Positions 61,679-64,000 of a stretch of DNA of 64,000 bases are shown piece after piece (the stretch's first letter is position 1; the number at the start of each line of letters is the position of its first letter). A program made the translations under genes and the position numbers. This DNA is from the human T2T-CHM13v2.0 reference genome, Homo sapiens. The notes under the pieces are model-generated. The model was not told where the DNA came from, made no database searches, and saw nothing but the letters and a program-made list of their open reading frames with translations. The stretch lies in assembly GCF_009914755.1 (NCBI RefSeq), contig NC_060948.1; one strand, given 5' to 3'.

Positions 61679-63796
61679 ATTGAGTTGCATGAGCTCCTTA
61701 AATTTTCATGGTGTTATTTACAACATATGCATATTCATAAGAATATGAAAATATAAGGAGTGGTTTGTTGAATATGTGGCTGTGAAAGTCACAAATATAA
61801 GGGACAGACTATGCGTAAATTACAAGCGTGTGAGTGTTGATGGGGAGAGTTCTGGGTTATATGTTATGAGATGTTGAGTAACATTAACCAGTGAGATATT
61901 TTAAGATAGCATAGAAGGCCATATACCTAATTTTGGTTATGGGATGATCCTCTCTAAAGACATGGAGTGTGACTTTCTTTTGATTTATGTGCTTAGGCAT
62001 AATTGATTTGAAAATATTGACCTATCATTGTTTACAAAAGTGAGTTTTGTGTTAGTTAAACCATAGAAACCGTTTTGCTAGTATTGCGTATGATACTGGG
62101 GAATGATGCCCCAATACAGTACGTTTTCATAGATTGCTTTAAAATAATTCAAGTGCAGTCTTTTTATTTTCCCTCAAGTATAATTCTGTGATGAATAAAA
62201 TGACAATCTTAGCTAGAGAAACTTTCTTTGTTCTATTTAAAATAAGAACATGGGAGTTTCAGCTTGTGAGAACTTTAAAGTCAGGTATCTATAAAAGAGT
62301 GGATAACCTAACACTATTATTTAACATGGGAATTGAATAATATATTTAAGAAACTGATGATATTGGTATAGAAGAAATTTTATGTGAATATACGGTAAAG
62401 TTTATAAAATTCCGGACACCTGGGTGTTCTCACCATGGCATTTTTGAGATATCACTTTTCTCACATCTAGGTTTAAAATGAAATTATATAACATGTTATA
62501 CAAGATAAGATGACATTTGGGTGGAATAGCGACATGATGAAAGCTTCTTTATAAAGTTTTTTTTTTTTTTTTTGACAAGAGGAGGCAAGAGTTGTTAATA
62601 CTTCTCTTCATTTGACACACACATAAATAGGTGAAGCAGATGAATTCATACATGCAATTATGTAACAGAGACTTAACAAACATTTCAGAGCTGAGCTCAT
62701 CTTTTTTTCTGAATTGAGTTTGTGAAATGGTTGTTTAATGCTTTAGAAATGCTTAGAAATGCTTGTGCAGAGAGGTTTTAATATGTGGGCAAAGGTATTT
62801 CACTGAAAATGAATTGCAGTTGTAAACCACCTGGATTTAGCTAGTAGCATAATGAGTACAATGCTTGCATGGGACTCCTGTTGGCTTGCTTTCTGAAAAA
62901 AGAAGTGATGCTAGCCATCTTGTTTGTTCTCACCTGACTCACACAGAGCATCTCTGGGATAGCTGTGTAAATACTCATTTATGCCACTTCTCTGAGCATG
63001 TCTTCAATATTTCATTTTTGTTAACCATGAAGTGTGAATTGCCTGGTGTCCTTGAGATGAAGATTTTATGACTAACACGTGGGACTTTCTACTGTGGGGT
63101 GATCACTGGCAAACTCATAACCAAAACTAATATCAGACCCTATTCCAAGCTAAAGCTTTGGCCAATGAAATGACAGATTGTGAAGAATGCAGACATTATA
63201 CTCTTGGCTGATTTCTCCTTTCCTGTTTCAAGCAACCTCTCTGAAAGTGGAGGGACTCATGACAATTCTCATGTTGCAGGGAAGAATCATTTTGCTTCTC
63301 TTGCAAGAAGTGTTTCTGATTCCAAAGCCAGTTATCAGAGTGTTTCATCCCTCATTGTTGGTGCCATATGCCAGAGACAGACAACTACAGTCAGTACTGT
63401 GTGCTTTCATGTTTATCATCTCCTGGAAGGAAGGATGTGCTCTGGGGACTGAAGAAGACAGAGGGGGCTTTGTCAGCAATTTTGGCCTTGAACGTTAAAG
63501 AACTCATTCACTTTTAAAGCCCTAATACATTTGCAGCACTATAAATAAGAACCTGTTTTCCCAATGTATACAGTGATTCTGAGGTGGCCTCAATACTACT
63601 TTTTAATGTGAAAGAACAATGATTAAATTTGAGTATACTGAAGGTCGTAAACATTATGAAATCACTGTCCTTACTCTCTTGACATAGAAGTTAGTTCCAT
63701 GATGTACTTATCATCGAGTTAAAGAGATGCCTTTTTCTGAAATTCTGAAATGTGTCCAAGTGGTCCAAAATTATATCATCTTTTCTAGGCCCATAG

Positions 63797-64000
63797 TTTT
63801 ACCAGTGGAAAGTAGTTGGGTTACCGGCCGTGTATCTTTATGGGTCTGCAGCAACATCAGTTGTTGCCTCCTCAGAAGAAAGAATTCAACTGAGGGGCAT
63901 AAAGCAGAAAAAGGGACCAAGGCAAGTTTTGGAGCAGAGAAGTTTATTTAAAAAGGCTTTAAGACACGAAAAAAAGGAAAGTATGCTTGGAAAAGACTCA
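63797..64000 (-). mobile_element. MER50-like LTR, runs off the window
   Basis: 'cctcagaagaaagaattcaactgaggggcataaagcaga...aaggcaagtttt...aagtttatt'. Confidence 0.7.

Noticed and set aside
63180-63498. Overlapping 90/103-aa ORFs with a possible splice acceptor near 63231
   Set aside because: No recognisable domain or partner exons; cannot be supported without transcript data.

Overview
Gene-free, repeat-dense primate DNA, almost certainly human (a consensus-identical AluYa5 lies at 52209). I find no host protein-coding gene: every long ORF is a decayed L1, ERV or transposase fragment, or low-complexity noise. Main elements are a full-length dead L1PA3/4-type LINE (-, 12414-18553) with an open antisense ORF0 and the ancestral ~129-bp 5'UTR block, a U6 snRNA/L1 chimeric retrocopy (43499-47395), and a deleted HERV9/LTR12 provirus with both LTRs and TSD (54709-61576). 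There are also many solo LTRs, Tigger/hAT fossils, about 20 Alus and several STRs. Structures the repeat list does not explain: (i) an old ~1.2-kb fold-back palindrome (20714-21913); (ii) a ~2-kb direct duplication bracketing a 10-kb block, with reciprocal truncations, an Alu-Alu recombination product and a templated LTR22 patch; (iii) a 76-nt hairpin at 39458. I see no convincing new biological system; the best leads are rearrangement and retrotransposition fossils. Repeat subfamily names come from remembered consensus sequences and need RepeatMasker/Dfam confirmation.
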